This document shows, one piece after another, positions 9,456 through 19,432 of a DNA stretch of 64,000 nucleotides (position 1 is the first letter of the stretch; the number at the start of each line of letters is the position of its first letter). Location: the IMG/VR virus record IMGVR_UViG_3300007539_009079. One strand, written 5' to 3'. The notes under the pieces were generated by a model. The model was not told the origin of the DNA. It saw nothing but the letters and a program-made list of their open reading frames with translations, and did no database searches. The stretch is from an uncultured virus (IMG/VR IMGVR_UViG_3300007539_009079). Taxonomy: Duplodnaviria > Heunggongvirae > Uroviricota > Caudoviricetes. The position numbers were made by a program, and so were the translations under genes.

Positions 9456-9629
9456 ATGATTTTAGAATTTGCTGTAGCGGCACAAATCTTATCATTTTTA
9501 ATTGGATTTATGTTACATTGTTATTTTAGTAAAATTAGAGAAAATAATTTTTTCAACAGTTTATCAGAGGACACTTTAATTAAGATTCAATCTGATATAG
9601 AAAATAATGACAGGAAACAATATGACTAA
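9456..9629 (+). CDS. Small membrane protein (57 aa, not in the ORF track)
   Basis: AAGG RBS; MILEFAVAAQILSFLIGFMLHCYF hydrophobic segment; overlaps the next start. Confidence 0.55.
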   Translation: MILEFAVAAQILSFLIGFMLHCYFSKIRENNFFNSLSEDTLIKIQSDIENNDRKQYD

Positions 9630-9855
9630 AAAAGAAATATCAGATGTGGTTGATATGTTGGAAAAAGGACCTGCGCTTATACGTTTAGCAAAACATATGA
9701 TAGCGCATTTACCAAATAGTAAAGTCAGAGATGAATTGATAAAAAATTTATTATCGGTGAAAAAATCGTTAATTAATCTTGATGTATGTTTAGAGGATAT
9801 AGAATGGTCATTAACACGATTTCAAGTTCTTGAAAGTGAAAAGAATGATAAATAA
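9622..9855 (+). CDS. Hypothetical protein
   Basis: AGGA RBS before ATG 9622. Confidence 0.6.
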   Translation: MTKKEISDVVDMLEKGPALIRLAKHMIAHLPNSKVRDELIKNLLSVKKSLINLDVCLEDIEWSLTRFQVLESEKNDK

Positions 9856-9907
9856 CAAAAATTATTTTTCTTATTAAATTTTTTTAATTATTATGAGTTA
9901 TTGATAT

Positions 9908-10258
9908 ATGGAAAATAAATTTCATGCGTGTGGTGATTTAGAAGGTTTCTCTTTTACATCATCAATGAAAAGAGACCATTTATTTGATTTAATGTATTCT
10001 TATGGATTAAATGATACAGTAGGAGCAGGTTTTTATAAAGCAAAAACAAAACATGGCGCTAATTATTGTGGATTTAGTTTTCGAACAGTAAATAAAATAA
10101 ATGGGGATGTTCGTATTTTTTCCTCTAGGGCAATAATGATTACCTGGACTTCTACCCCCCTTAATGAATATTGTAAAAAAATCAATGTAAAGAGCATTTC
10201 CTCATTCCATGAATGGACAAAGAATAAAGGTATAGAATTGAAACTCTTAAAAAGATGA
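9908..10258 (+). CDS. Hypothetical protein
   Basis: 116 aa ORF on the coding strand, no recognised motif. Confidence 0.55.
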   Translation: MENKFHACGDLEGFSFTSSMKRDHLFDLMYSYGLNDTVGAGFYKAKTKHGANYCGFSFRTVNKINGDVRIFSSRAIMITWTSTPLNEYCKKINVKSISSFHEWTKNKGIELKLLKR

Positions 10259-10282
10259 TTATGATAATCAATAAGGATCTGT

Positions 10283-10834
10283 ATGAAAAAAATTATTCTT
10301 ATGATAATTGGTGTTTTGCTGATATTGACCGAATCTGTCGGTATTGCACAATATGAGATTGTCGATAAGAAAAAAAAAGTAGATAAGGTATCTAAAAATT
10401 ATATATTTTTAGATGCTCAAAAACAAATTCAATGTTTGGCATTGAATATTTATTTTGAGGCAGCAAATCAATCAACTGCCGGTCAATTGGCTGTTGCGAA
10501 TGTTACTTATAATAGAGTTAAATCAAAAGATTTTCCCAATACATTTTGTGATGTTGTATATGAGTCAAAAAGAGACAATAATAATAATCCTATTGCTAAT
10601 AAATGTCAATTTAGTTGGTATTGCGATGGTAAAACAGATATACCTTGGGAAGGTGAAAAATGGCATACGGCAAAAAAATTAGCAGCATGGTATTTTCTCA
10701 ATAGAGAAAGAATACCAGACATAACAGATGGTTCAACTCATTATCACGGGAATTATATAAAATATCCATATTGGTCGAGACACTATGCAAGAACGGTGTC
10801 TATTGATAATCACATTTTTTATAGGAATTATTAA
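10283..10834 (+). CDS. SleB/Hydrolase_2 family cell wall hydrolase
   Basis: N-terminal signal/TM segment, CLALNIYFEA, AVANV..NRV...FPNT.C.VV, CQFSWYCDG, GSTHYH, I..HIFY. Confidence 0.92.
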   Translation: MKKIILMIIGVLLILTESVGIAQYEIVDKKKKVDKVSKNYIFLDAQKQIQCLALNIYFEAANQSTAGQLAVANVTYNRVKSKDFPNTFCDVVYESKRDNNNNPIANKCQFSWYCDGKTDIPWEGEKWHTAKKLAAWYFLNRERIPDITDGSTHYHGNYIKYPYWSRHYARTVSIDNHIFYRNY

Positions 10835-10837
10835 TTT

Positions 10838-11809
10838 ATGTTAGAAAATTTGGATGTGAAAATACCTCAACATGAGGAAGGCAATGTTGCCGAAAATTCT
10901 TTAGGTGGAACTGAATTGGTTACTATGGAACTTTTTCGTAGATTACCGGATTCCTATAAGGAAAAATTTCAATTTATAGTATCTAGGTTGAATAAATTTG
11001 ACGAAAATAAACCTAAATTATATTGGATTCATGATTTAGCACTGGATCCATCACACACTTTTTTGACTGAACCAAATTCAATTAAATTATTTAAGAAATT
11101 GATTTTTGTAAGTCATTGGCAGATGCAACAATTTAATAGTTTTTTAAAGATACCATATTCCAGTAGTATTGTTATAAAAAATGCTATTGATCCGATTGAA
11201 AAACATGAGAAAAGTTTTGACGGAAAGTTTAATTTTATATATGCATCAACACCTCAGAGAGGTTTAGATGTGTTGTTGTACGGACTGAAGATGTTAGATC
11301 GTGATGATTGGCATTTAGATGTATATTCTAGTTTTAAATTATATGGATGGCCAGAAAATGATAAACACTTTGAAAAATTATTTGACGAATGTCGAAATCA
11401 TCCTAATATAACATATCATGGAACACAATCTTATGATACAGTTCGACAAGCATACAAAAAAGCACATATACTAACTTATCCTTCTACTTGGCAAGAAACA
11501 TCTTGCCGTGTAGCAATGGAAGCAATGTCTGCAGGATGTGCAATAGTGACATCCAATTGGGGAGCTTTACCTGAAACTTGCGGAGAATTTGCATATATGT
11601 ATCAATTCAGTGAAAACAGAGTTGAACATGCTGAAAAATTTGCAGATACATTAGAAAATCTTATGGAAGAATATAATTCAGAAGAAGTTAAGAAAAATCT
11701 TGACATGCAGATAAAATACTGTCATAATAATTACAGTTGGGACAAAAGAATCCATCAATGGATTGATTTTCTTGATAATCTGATTTACGAGATGGAAAAT
11801 GGCGATTAA
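10838..11809 (+). CDS. Glycosyltransferase family 4 (GT-B)
   Basis: GGTE, WIHD, FVSHWQ, ASTPQRGL, YPS.W.ETSC...MEAM.AG...VTS..GALPET. Confidence 0.85.
   Translation: MLENLDVKIPQHEEGNVAENSLGGTELVTMELFRRLPDSYKEKFQFIVSRLNKFDENKPKLYWIHDLALDPSHTFLTEPNSIKLFKKLIFVSHWQMQQFNSFLKIPYSSSIVIKNAIDPIEKHEKSFDGKFNFIYASTPQRGLDVLLYGLKMLDRDDWHLDVYSSFKLYGWPENDKHFEKLFDECRNHPNITYHGTQSYDTVRQAYKKAHILTYPSTWQETSCRVAMEAMSAGCAIVTSNWGALPETCGEFAYMYQFSENRVEHAEKFADTLENLMEEYNSEEVKKNLDMQIKYCHNNYSWDKRIHQWIDFLDNLIYEMENGD
11700..11728 (+). promoter_or_regulatory. Probable sigma70-type promoter inside the GT4 3' end
   Basis: TTGACA 11700-11705, 17 nt spacer, TG-T-CATAAT; about 70 nt upstream of ORF 11799. Confidence 0.5.
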
Positions 11810-12968
11810 AAAAAGAAGTGTTAGAAAAAATAATATAGATCATTCAAACAAAGTTTTAAATGAAAAAAATTTGGAACCTAGTTTTGATAAGATCATAACA
11901 ACTGATGATTTATTAAATGGAATAAAATGGTACAATAAATATGCAGATGTTGTCAAATCCAAGTTGTGGTTGTTAGAATACATGAAAATTATTGGATATC
12001 ATAAAAATGATATTTTTAAAGTAAAATCTTTTTCTTGGAATAGATCAGGATTAGAAATTCAAAATGGAGATATAGTTAGTTTAAAATTTGCAGGTTTTGT
12101 AGCGAGAATGTATTTGAGAGGATTAACGGACATACCTGAAATTTATAAAAAAAGATTAGACACGGCAATAACTTATTGCTTAAAATACTTTGATAAAAAT
12201 ATAGTTAAAAAAAATATAGATGATGCAGAACCAAATCAAAATAAGATATCAGTTCATGATCACATTAATGTGCAAGTCAGTTCTCTTTGTGCCGAAATAG
12301 AAGGCGAAGTCGATGACTTTTACGATAATGGATTCAAGACAAATTTGAACATGTATGATTGGTTGAGTGTAAAAGAAGTTAAAGGTTTGATTGCCAAAAA
12401 AATTGGCGATAATTTTAGGCCTTTATTGAAAGAAATAGAAGATATTAAATATGATGAAGATTTGAAAGAAGCGTATCGTCATTTTAAAAGAAATGATATT
12501 AAAAAATATCGATCATTTTTGCAGACTATTATCGATGATTGTGATAGATACTCTTCCAGTAGAAACAAGGAGAGAAAACCCAGAAAGAAAAAACCAATAA
12601 CAGTTGAAAAATTGATTTCTAAGTTAAATTATAAAAAAGAAGATTTAGATTTTAAAATAAATTCTATCGATCCTGTAAAAATTATCGGATCAACACAAAT
12701 ATGGGTTTTCAATACCAAGTATAGAAAAATAGGTGTATATAATGCCTCAAAACCTACGGGATTAACGATCAAAGGATCAACTTTGCAAGGTTTTGATGGG
12801 GATAAATCAGTGCAAAAAGTTGTGAGAAAGCCTGAACAAATTTTATCTAAATTTCAAAAAAATTCTATAACTACAATAAAAAAAGAATTCGAAAATATAC
12901 GAACAAAAGAACAAAAGATGACGGGAAGAATTAACTCTGACACTATTCTTTTAAAAAATGTTACATGA
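11799..12968 (+). CDS. Conserved T4-like phage hypothetical protein
   Basis: C-terminal SI.P.KIIG...IWVFNTKYRKIG.Y....GLTIKGSTL..FD...S..K..RKPE...GRIN.DTILL, which I recognise from marine T4-like phages. Confidence 0.7.
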   Translation: MAIKKRSVRKNNIDHSNKVLNEKNLEPSFDKIITTDDLLNGIKWYNKYADVVKSKLWLLEYMKIIGYHKNDIFKVKSFSWNRSGLEIQNGDIVSLKFAGFVARMYLRGLTDIPEIYKKRLDTAITYCLKYFDKNIVKKNIDDAEPNQNKISVHDHINVQVSSLCAEIEGEVDDFYDNGFKTNLNMYDWLSVKEVKGLIAKKIGDNFRPLLKEIEDIKYDEDLKEAYRHFKRNDIKKYRSFLQTIIDDCDRYSSSRNKERKPRKKKPITVEKLISKLNYKKEDLDFKINSIDPVKIIGSTQIWVFNTKYRKIGVYNASKPTGLTIKGSTLQGFDGDKSVQKVVRKPEQILSKFQKNSITTIKKEFENIRTKEQKMTGRINSDTILLKNVT

Positions 12969-13585
12969 TTACTTTGGATATCCTACCTTCTAAAATATAT
13001 AAATTTGAATATGATGATAATAAATCATTAAAAACTTTAGTTGATGATTTAAAAGTTAAAATAATTGAAAAGGAAAAAAACAATTTTAGAGCTAATAATG
13101 CAAGACCAAAAACTATAATTTTTGATTGTGATGAATATCCTACCGATTTCAATATTTTTTTAACTGATTGTATAAAATTTTCTTTACTCAAAGAAAAAAT
13201 TAAATACAAAAATTTTAAGATTATACTAAATTGGATGAATTTGCATGAGTATAGTGAAAATATTCATGGAAATCATGTTCATCCTAACAGTATATATTCA
13301 GGAGTTTATTATTATGAAACAGTTGAAAATGATAGTATTGTTTTTTATGAAAATGATCAAAAAAACAAAATGATATATGATATCCTTAAAACTGATTTTA
13401 CGGCCTATTATTCTAAAAAACAAAATGTTCCAGTGAAAGACGGTGAATTGTTAATTTTTAGATCTTATTTTGAACACGGTGTTGATAAATTTTATCTTAA
13501 TGGAAATGATCGAAAAAGAATCTCTTTTTCTTTTAATGTAGATCTTTCAGGAATAGGTTCTACTGAACGCTTAACTTATAGGTGA
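12965..13585 (+). CDS. Putative 2OG-Fe(II) oxygenase (TIGR02466-like)
   Basis: WMN...HVHPNS.YSGVYY...G.LLIF.S...H.V...RISFSFN. Confidence 0.8.
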   Translation: MITLDILPSKIYKFEYDDNKSLKTLVDDLKVKIIEKEKNNFRANNARPKTIIFDCDEYPTDFNIFLTDCIKFSLLKEKIKYKNFKIILNWMNLHEYSENIHGNHVHPNSIYSGVYYYETVENDSIVFYENDQKNKMIYDILKTDFTAYYSKKQNVPVKDGELLIFRSYFEHGVDKFYLNGNDRKRISFSFNVDLSGIGSTERLTYR

Positions 13586-13589
13586 TGTT

Positions 13590-14456
13590 ATGATATTACT
13601 TGATTATTCTCAGATTGTCATTGCTAATGTTATGATGAATTCAAAGGAAATGAACGAAGATTTCATTAGGCATTTAGTTTTAAATACTATAAGAATGTAT
13701 AATCAAAAATTTAAAGATGAATATGGAGAGATGATTATATGCTGTGATGGTTCTAATAATTGGCGCCGTGGTGTGTTTGAGCATTATAAAGCGAGTAGAA
13801 AAATTAATCGTGAAAAATCAGATTTTGATTGGAGTGAATTATTTAGAATTTTGCATCAAATTAGAGAAGAACTTGAGGAATATTTTCCATATAAAGTCTT
13901 ACACTTTGATGGTGCAGAAGCAGATGATATAATTGCGGCATTGACTATATATGCTAGTAATAATAAAATTATGAATGGATTGTTCGAAGAAGCTGAACCT
14001 ATTTTAATTTTGTCCAGTGATAAAGATTTCCAGCAATTGCAAAAGTTCGAAAATGTGAAACAATTCTCACCAATGAAAAAGAAGTATATTAAAGTTTCTA
14101 GTCCTATTAATTTCTTAAAAGAACACATTATGAGAGGAGATACTAGTGACGGAATACCTAATTTTCTTTCTGAAGATGATGTTTTTGTAAATGATTTTAA
14201 ACGACAAAAACCACTATCTTCACAAAAATTGAATGTATGGCTTGAACTTAATCCTGAAGAATTTTGTGAAGGTGAGATGTTAAGAAATTATCGTAGAAAT
14301 GAAATGTTAATTGATTTGACGAAACTTCCTACCGAACTATATGATCAAATCATTAATGTTTTTAAAAATAAAAAACAAGTCGGAAGAGGAAAACTTTTCA
14401 ATTATTTTGTTAAACATCGATTAAAAAATCTTATGGAAAATTTAAATGAATTTTAG
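13590..14456 (+). CDS. rnh: T4-type RNase H (5'-3' exonuclease)
   Basis: MILLDYSQI, WRR..F.HYKASR, EADDIIA, ILSSDKDF.QLQ, EHI.RGD.SDGIPN.LS. Confidence 0.93.
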   Translation: MILLDYSQIVIANVMMNSKEMNEDFIRHLVLNTIRMYNQKFKDEYGEMIICCDGSNNWRRGVFEHYKASRKINREKSDFDWSELFRILHQIREELEEYFPYKVLHFDGAEADDIIAALTIYASNNKIMNGLFEEAEPILILSSDKDFQQLQKFENVKQFSPMKKKYIKVSSPINFLKEHIMRGDTSDGIPNFLSEDDVFVNDFKRQKPLSSQKLNVWLELNPEEFCEGEMLRNYRRNEMLIDLTKLPTELYDQIINVFKNKKQVGRGKLFNYFVKHRLKNLMENLNEF

Positions 14457-14465
14457 GGAGTAAAA

Positions 14466-15005
14466 ATGCCATCCAGAATAACAAGTGATATTTTGAAAAC
14501 TGCGAATAGTTTTGTTGATGATGAATCTAGGATTGAATATCTAAGAAAAACAGCAACACCTGCGGTTAAGGAAATGATTAATATGAATTTTAACGAGAAT
14601 GTTAAATTTTTATTACCAGAAGGTTCACCGGATTTAAATTTTGGCAGTGATGAGGAATTTAAACCGAGAAATAATTATTTTCCTAACAATTCATCAGGTG
14701 ATGATGGGGCCACATTAAATTATGAAATAAGAAAAATGTATTTATTTGTTGAAGGTCTTTCGCCAAATAATTTAACACAATTAAAAAGAGAAACTTTATG
14801 GATTCAATTATTGAATTCATTAGGTGCTGATGAGGCAGAAGATATTTCATTGTGTAAAGATAAAAAATTACACGAAAAATATAAAAAAGTAACACATTTA
14901 GTGTGTCACAAAACATTCCCGGAGTTTGTTAGTCAACCCAAAGAAAACCTTAAAAGAGATACTAAAGGACGTTTTTCTTCAAAAAAGAAAAAGGAACAAG
15001 CATGA
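14466..15005 (+). CDS. Conserved T4-like phage hypothetical protein downstream of rnh
   Basis: F.LPEG.P, E.RKMYLF..G, KRETLWIQLL..L..DEAE...KDKKL. Confidence 0.7.
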   Translation: MPSRITSDILKTANSFVDDESRIEYLRKTATPAVKEMINMNFNENVKFLLPEGSPDLNFGSDEEFKPRNNYFPNNSSGDDGATLNYEIRKMYLFVEGLSPNNLTQLKRETLWIQLLNSLGADEAEDISLCKDKKLHEKYKKVTHLVCHKTFPEFVSQPKENLKRDTKGRFSSKKKKEQA

Positions 15006-15712
15006 GAGTACTGATGTATTGCGATGGCATAAATATCGAATTACGTCCCTTTACCGATATGATGCCAAAGTGCTTATTACCGATCAGGAAAAGATCGATT
15101 CTATACCGTAACCTTGACTGGTTACAGAAATATAATGTAGAAGGAGTTGTGATTAGTTCATCATATAGAGCGAATCAACTAAAATTATCCTTAGATTCTT
15201 ATAAAACAGAACTACCCATACACTTTCACAAACCTCAAAAAATATTAGGAACTGCACAAACTTTAAAAAATTTAAATTATAAATTTGATAATGAACCATT
15301 CGTTTTTTTGGATGGGGGAACATTATATGATTTTGATTTGGATAATTTGTACAGAGATCATATGAAATCTAATAAAATGATTTCTTTAATTTGTTACAGA
15401 GGTAAAGGAAATACTAAATTTAGAAATTTGGTCAAATTAAATGATAAGACATCAGAAGTTGAAAAAATAATAGTTAAACCAGGATACAATGCTGATTTTG
15501 AGGTGCTAATGATCTCAGGTTCTTTCATAGCAAATCCTACGATTTTTAATAAAATTAAAGATACTTCACATAATATTTTTGATCAAGTATTTCCAGAACA
15601 TGTCAATGATTTAGGTGTTATTGTAGATTCAAATATTGAAGTGTTTGATAACTCTAATGATTTTATTAAAAAATCTAATTCATGGTCTTCTTGTGAATTT
15701 GTTTATTATTAG
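15002..15712 (+). CDS. Sugar-phosphate nucleotidyltransferase-like protein (degenerate Gly loop)
   Basis: LRPFTD.MPKCLLPI, LGTA; the canonical AGGxGTR is replaced by CDGINIE. Confidence 0.7.
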   Translation: MRVLMYCDGINIELRPFTDMMPKCLLPIRKRSILYRNLDWLQKYNVEGVVISSSYRANQLKLSLDSYKTELPIHFHKPQKILGTAQTLKNLNYKFDNEPFVFLDGGTLYDFDLDNLYRDHMKSNKMISLICYRGKGNTKFRNLVKLNDKTSEVEKIIVKPGYNADFEVLMISGSFIANPTIFNKIKDTSHNIFDQVFPEHVNDLGVIVDSNIEVFDNSNDFIKKSNSWSSCEFVYY

Positions 15713-15726
15713 GATTTAAAAACAAA

Positions 15727-16773
15727 ATGAGACAAATCATAGAAAAAAATGAAAAAAGAGAAAAAATTTTTCCTGAGCGTGCTGTAATCGTAAACGGACA
15801 TTGTAATGAATTTCATAAAAAAATCATGTTAATTGAATTATTCGAACAATTGCGTGAATACTTTAAAGACATTTTGATATTTTATGCAACACATTTACCG
15901 ATTAGAGATAAAGAAATATATGATTATGTTGATTACATAGTTTATAATAAAAATAATCCTATCTTTAATAAAGATGTTTTCACACGTTTTTCAAGAGATA
16001 TATATTGGTGGAATACATGGGCGTATAAGGGGGATAAAAATTTAAGAATCATGAAAAATATGCTATATCATGGTTATGCTCATCATATGCTTTTGAATGA
16101 TGCGACAGCAATTGCTAATAATCAAAGAATAGAGTATTTACATTATGTGAATTATGATGTAAGATTAGATATTGTGCATACATTGGAAGAACATTACAGT
16201 TTAATGAAAATCGGAGATTTTGATTTAGTGACTTATCAATATTTCGAAGATGGTATGGGAACTGAATTTTTTTCTGCCAAAACTTCAGCAGCTGTTGATT
16301 GTATTTGTCCTGTGATTTCTTTAGAAGACTATGAAAAATTTAATGCAAAGTCATTGGAAACAACTTATAGAATGATGTTTGATGGTAAAAAGGTAAAAAA
16401 TCTAGGTTATTTTAGGCCTGACGAATATAATGTCGGAAGATTAAGATTTGATTTCAGAGATAAATTTGATACAGTCATTCCTTTGAATGCTAATATTGAT
16501 GGTGTTATTATTATACCTTATGAGTATGAGGGAAAAACTAGAATTAATCTTTCAAACAATAATGAAGAATCAGTCGGTGTTTTAGTTGTTCAATATGATT
16601 GTGATAATGAGAAGATTACTGACGATTTTTGTCCTCTGGGTCCGCATCAATGGTTTGAAGTTTTGCCTACCGAGAAAACTAGATACATTAAAGTATTCTT
16701 TGATGAAAAAGAAAAAACCTATTTCAATCTAGATGATAAGAAAAATTTTGGTACATATAAAATATTTCAATAA
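15727..16773 (+). CDS. Hypothetical protein, possibly GT-A-like
   Basis: 348 aa ORF; ATH.P, YDxxNP-like, HGYAH and HYVNYD segments; no firm family. Confidence 0.55.
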   Translation: MRQIIEKNEKREKIFPERAVIVNGHCNEFHKKIMLIELFEQLREYFKDILIFYATHLPIRDKEIYDYVDYIVYNKNNPIFNKDVFTRFSRDIYWWNTWAYKGDKNLRIMKNMLYHGYAHHMLLNDATAIANNQRIEYLHYVNYDVRLDIVHTLEEHYSLMKIGDFDLVTYQYFEDGMGTEFFSAKTSAAVDCICPVISLEDYEKFNAKSLETTYRMMFDGKKVKNLGYFRPDEYNVGRLRFDFRDKFDTVIPLNANIDGVIIIPYEYEGKTRINLSNNNEESVGVLVVQYDCDNEKITDDFCPLGPHQWFEVLPTEKTRYIKVFFDEKEKTYFNLDDKKNFGTYKIFQ

Positions 16774-16780
16774 GGAAAAA

Positions 16781-17041
16781 ATGCCAGCATACGATTATAT
16801 ATGTGAAATTTGTGGATTGGAATTTGAAGAATTTTTACCAATTTCTCGCAGAGAAGAACCTTGTTCTAAATCGTATTGCGAAGATTTGGAAAAAAAATGT
16901 GCTATTAAGATGAAAGTGTCTACTCCTTTCATCGGTGATTCACATTATCAAGGACTAAAAAAACCTGATAGATCTTTTAATGATAAATTGAAAGAAATAA
17001 AAAAAGCGCATTATGGGAGTAATGTAAAAATTTATGAGTGA
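16781..17041 (+). CDS. FmdB-family zinc-ribbon protein
   Basis: AAGGA RBS; MPAYDYICEICG..FE; C-terminal KPD..F...L..IKK. Confidence 0.85.
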   Translation: MPAYDYICEICGLEFEEFLPISRREEPCSKSYCEDLEKKCAIKMKVSTPFIGDSHYQGLKKPDRSFNDKLKEIKKAHYGSNVKIYE

Positions 17042-17044
17042 AAA

Positions 17045-17734
17045 ATGTCTAGATTTTTTTCATATGATTTTAGTCTTTCTTCATACTGCAATGCCGCATG
17101 TCCTTCTTGTAAAAGATATGAGGATTTTTGTGAAACCAATTATGTAGATCCCAAACATCTTCATCCTTCCTTGGTTCAAAAACATATGAAATATGATGTT
17201 TTTGAAAAGTCGGTTTTAGATAATTATGATTATTTTGTGAACAGAGAAGTTATGTTTGAGGGTGAACTTGGTGATCCTATGATGAATCCTGAATTATTAA
17301 AATTTATAGATTTTGGTTCTAAAGTTTTTAAAAATTTACATATTGTAACTAATGGAGGTACAAGAAATCATTTATTCTACAATAAAATAGGAAATCAATA
17401 CAAAAATATTGAAATAAAGTTTTCGATTGATGGACTAGAATCAGATACTAATGGAATTTATAGGAGACAAGTTGATACCCAAAAAGCATTATCAAATATG
17501 ATTTGTTTTTCAAAAACAAAATATGGCTCAAGAAATACTTATTGGCAATATATTATTTTTGAACACAATTACTTTGAAATTCCAGAAGTTTTACTATTAG
17601 CAAAAGAACATAATATAACTGTTTTATTAAAAATCAATAAAAGACCTAGATTTTTAATACAAAATAATAAAATAGAAATAGTTAAAAAATATTATAAAAA
17701 ATATAAATTTGATAAATCATTTTTGGAATTATAA
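17045..17734 (+). CDS. Radical SAM protein, core domain only
   Basis: LSSYCNAACPSC (CxxxCxxC), G.LGDP, TNGG, FSIDG, WQYIIFEHN. Confidence 0.88.
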   Translation: MSRFFSYDFSLSSYCNAACPSCKRYEDFCETNYVDPKHLHPSLVQKHMKYDVFEKSVLDNYDYFVNREVMFEGELGDPMMNPELLKFIDFGSKVFKNLHIVTNGGTRNHLFYNKIGNQYKNIEIKFSIDGLESDTNGIYRRQVDTQKALSNMICFSKTKYGSRNTYWQYIIFEHNYFEIPEVLLLAKEHNITVLLKINKRPRFLIQNNKIEIVKKYYKKYKFDKSFLEL

Positions 17735-18024
17735 TGAATAATTATTGTGTAAAATGTATTTTTTATGTTGAAAATGAGTGGAAAGAAACTGAAATATCGG
17801 TAGATATGAAAGTATATCCTTGTTGTGTACTGCATTACTTTCATTTTATGGATAAAACATTTTATGATAATTATTTAGACAATTTACCTGAAAATTGGAA
17901 TTCTTTAGAGCATAATAGTATGAAAAATATCTTAGAAATTTATAGAAATTATATAACACCTGAAAAATGGAAAAGTGAAAAAACTTGTCCGCCTTGTTGT
18001 CTTAATAGTTGCAGGAAAGAATGA
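17734..18024 (+). CDS. Stand-alone SPASM/twitch-like Fe-S domain
   Basis: KC...VYPCC...NSL....M..IL...W....C...C...C, matching the C-terminal domain of the paralogs at 47142, 48214 and 55010; TAATG coupling. Confidence 0.75.
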   Translation: MNNYCVKCIFYVENEWKETEISVDMKVYPCCVLHYFHFMDKTFYDNYLDNLPENWNSLEHNSMKNILEIYRNYITPEKWKSEKTCPPCCLNSCRKE

Positions 18025-18674
18025 AAAAATTTATACATGAAAGCGTGCTTGAAAATATAGAATTAGAAACTATTAATATAGATGGAAAAAGATTTTATTT
18101 AACTCCTGATGGACAAAAATATCCTTCGATAACGACCATACTTTCTAATTACAATAAACAATCTATAATAGAATGGAGAAAAAAAGTTGGTGAGAAAGAG
18201 GCAAATAAAATATCAACAAAATCTTCTCGCCGTGGTACAAAAGTTCATAAATTGTGTGAAGATTATTTAAACAATGAGGAGAATATTTTTACAGGACATA
18301 CTCCAGATAATGTTGAAATGTTTAATTCTATAAGGCCTATATTGGATGAAGTTGAATTAGTTTTTGCTCAAGAAAAAACTTTGTTTTCTCATTATTTAAA
18401 AACGGCAGGGAGAGTTGATTGTGTCGGTGTTTTTAGAGGTAAAAAATGTATCATAGATTTTAAAACATCTGCTAAAATAAAAAAGAAAGAATGGATTGAT
18501 AGTTATTTTATGCAAGGCGCTGGATATTCTGTGATGTGGGAGGAGATGACCAAAATGCCAATATCTAATATAGCGATTATAATTGCAGTTCATCAAGAAG
18601 AACCTCAAATTTTTATGGAAAAAAGAGATAATTGGATTGATAAATTTATTGATTTGAGGAATAAATATAAATGA
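18021..18674 (+). CDS. PD-(D/E)XK exonuclease of T4-like phages
   Basis: RFY.TP.G..YPSITT.L, WR..VG..EAN, RGT.VH, AGRVDC, IIDFKTS, YF.Q...Y. Confidence 0.9.
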   Translation: MKKFIHESVLENIELETINIDGKRFYLTPDGQKYPSITTILSNYNKQSIIEWRKKVGEKEANKISTKSSRRGTKVHKLCEDYLNNEENIFTGHTPDNVEMFNSIRPILDEVELVFAQEKTLFSHYLKTAGRVDCVGVFRGKKCIIDFKTSAKIKKKEWIDSYFMQGAGYSVMWEEMTKMPISNIAIIIAVHQEEPQIFMEKRDNWIDKFIDLRNKYK

Positions 18675-19432
18675 TATATGTTTTTGGAGATAGTTATGCT
18701 TGTCCAAATTACATTATGAATAAAAATGATGAATATATGTGGACCAAAAAATTAGAGAAAAAATTTAAAGTAATAAATTTTGCCTTATCTGGTACAGGAC
18801 CTCATTATTCATTTAAAAAATTTTATGAAATGATGTCCAAAAAAATGTTTGATTCAGATGATTTGATAATTTTCATAATATCTGGAAATGATAGAATTGA
18901 TTTTAAATTTGAAAATCCTCAGCATATAACATGTATTGGTTGGAATCAAAATAAAAAAATACCTTATGTTGATTCTAATGCACAAGATTCTGTGAAAGAT
19001 TATTTCAATTTGCTGTATAGTGAAATTAGTTTTTATTTTATGACTAATGAAAAGGAAATTGAAATGTCAGTGTATAAAAATATAGGACTTTTATTTTTAT
19101 TATCTAAACTTTTGAAAATAAAAACTATAGTTTTTTATACCAGTGAAAATTTATTGTATAATTTTAATTCATTAAACGATGAAAAATTTTACATTTATGA
19201 TAAATCTCTCTCAAACATATCTGGTGAAGAAATATTTGATTATGACGGTGAATCTATTTTTAATGATTTTAGACACAATCATTTATCAAAACAAAATCAT
19301 ATAATTTTTTATGAAAATTTATTAAAAATATTAAGTAATGATTACAATAATTTAAGTAATTTTGAAAAAAATATTTTTAGTATTGATCAATTTAATCACA
19401 AAACCGAACATAGAAAATTTATTTACGAATGA
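18671..19432 (+). CDS. SGNH/GDSL-like protein, paralog 1
   Basis: VFGDSY, NFALSGTG, NHLS..NH; ends KFIYE. Confidence 0.65.
   Translation: MIYVFGDSYACPNYIMNKNDEYMWTKKLEKKFKVINFALSGTGPHYSFKKFYEMMSKKMFDSDDLIIFIISGNDRIDFKFENPQHITCIGWNQNKKIPYVDSNAQDSVKDYFNLLYSEISFYFMTNEKEIEMSVYKNIGLLFLLSKLLKIKTIVFYTSENLLYNFNSLNDEKFYIYDKSLSNISGEEIFDYDGESIFNDFRHNHLSKQNHIIFYENLLKILSNDYNNLSNFEKNIFSIDQFNHKTEHRKFIYE

Noticed and set aside
18021..18674. Cas4-like nuclease suggesting a CRISPR-Cas locus
   Set aside because: No cas genes or repeat-spacer array nearby, and no four-Cys Fe-S motif; it fits the stand-alone exonuclease of T4-like phages.
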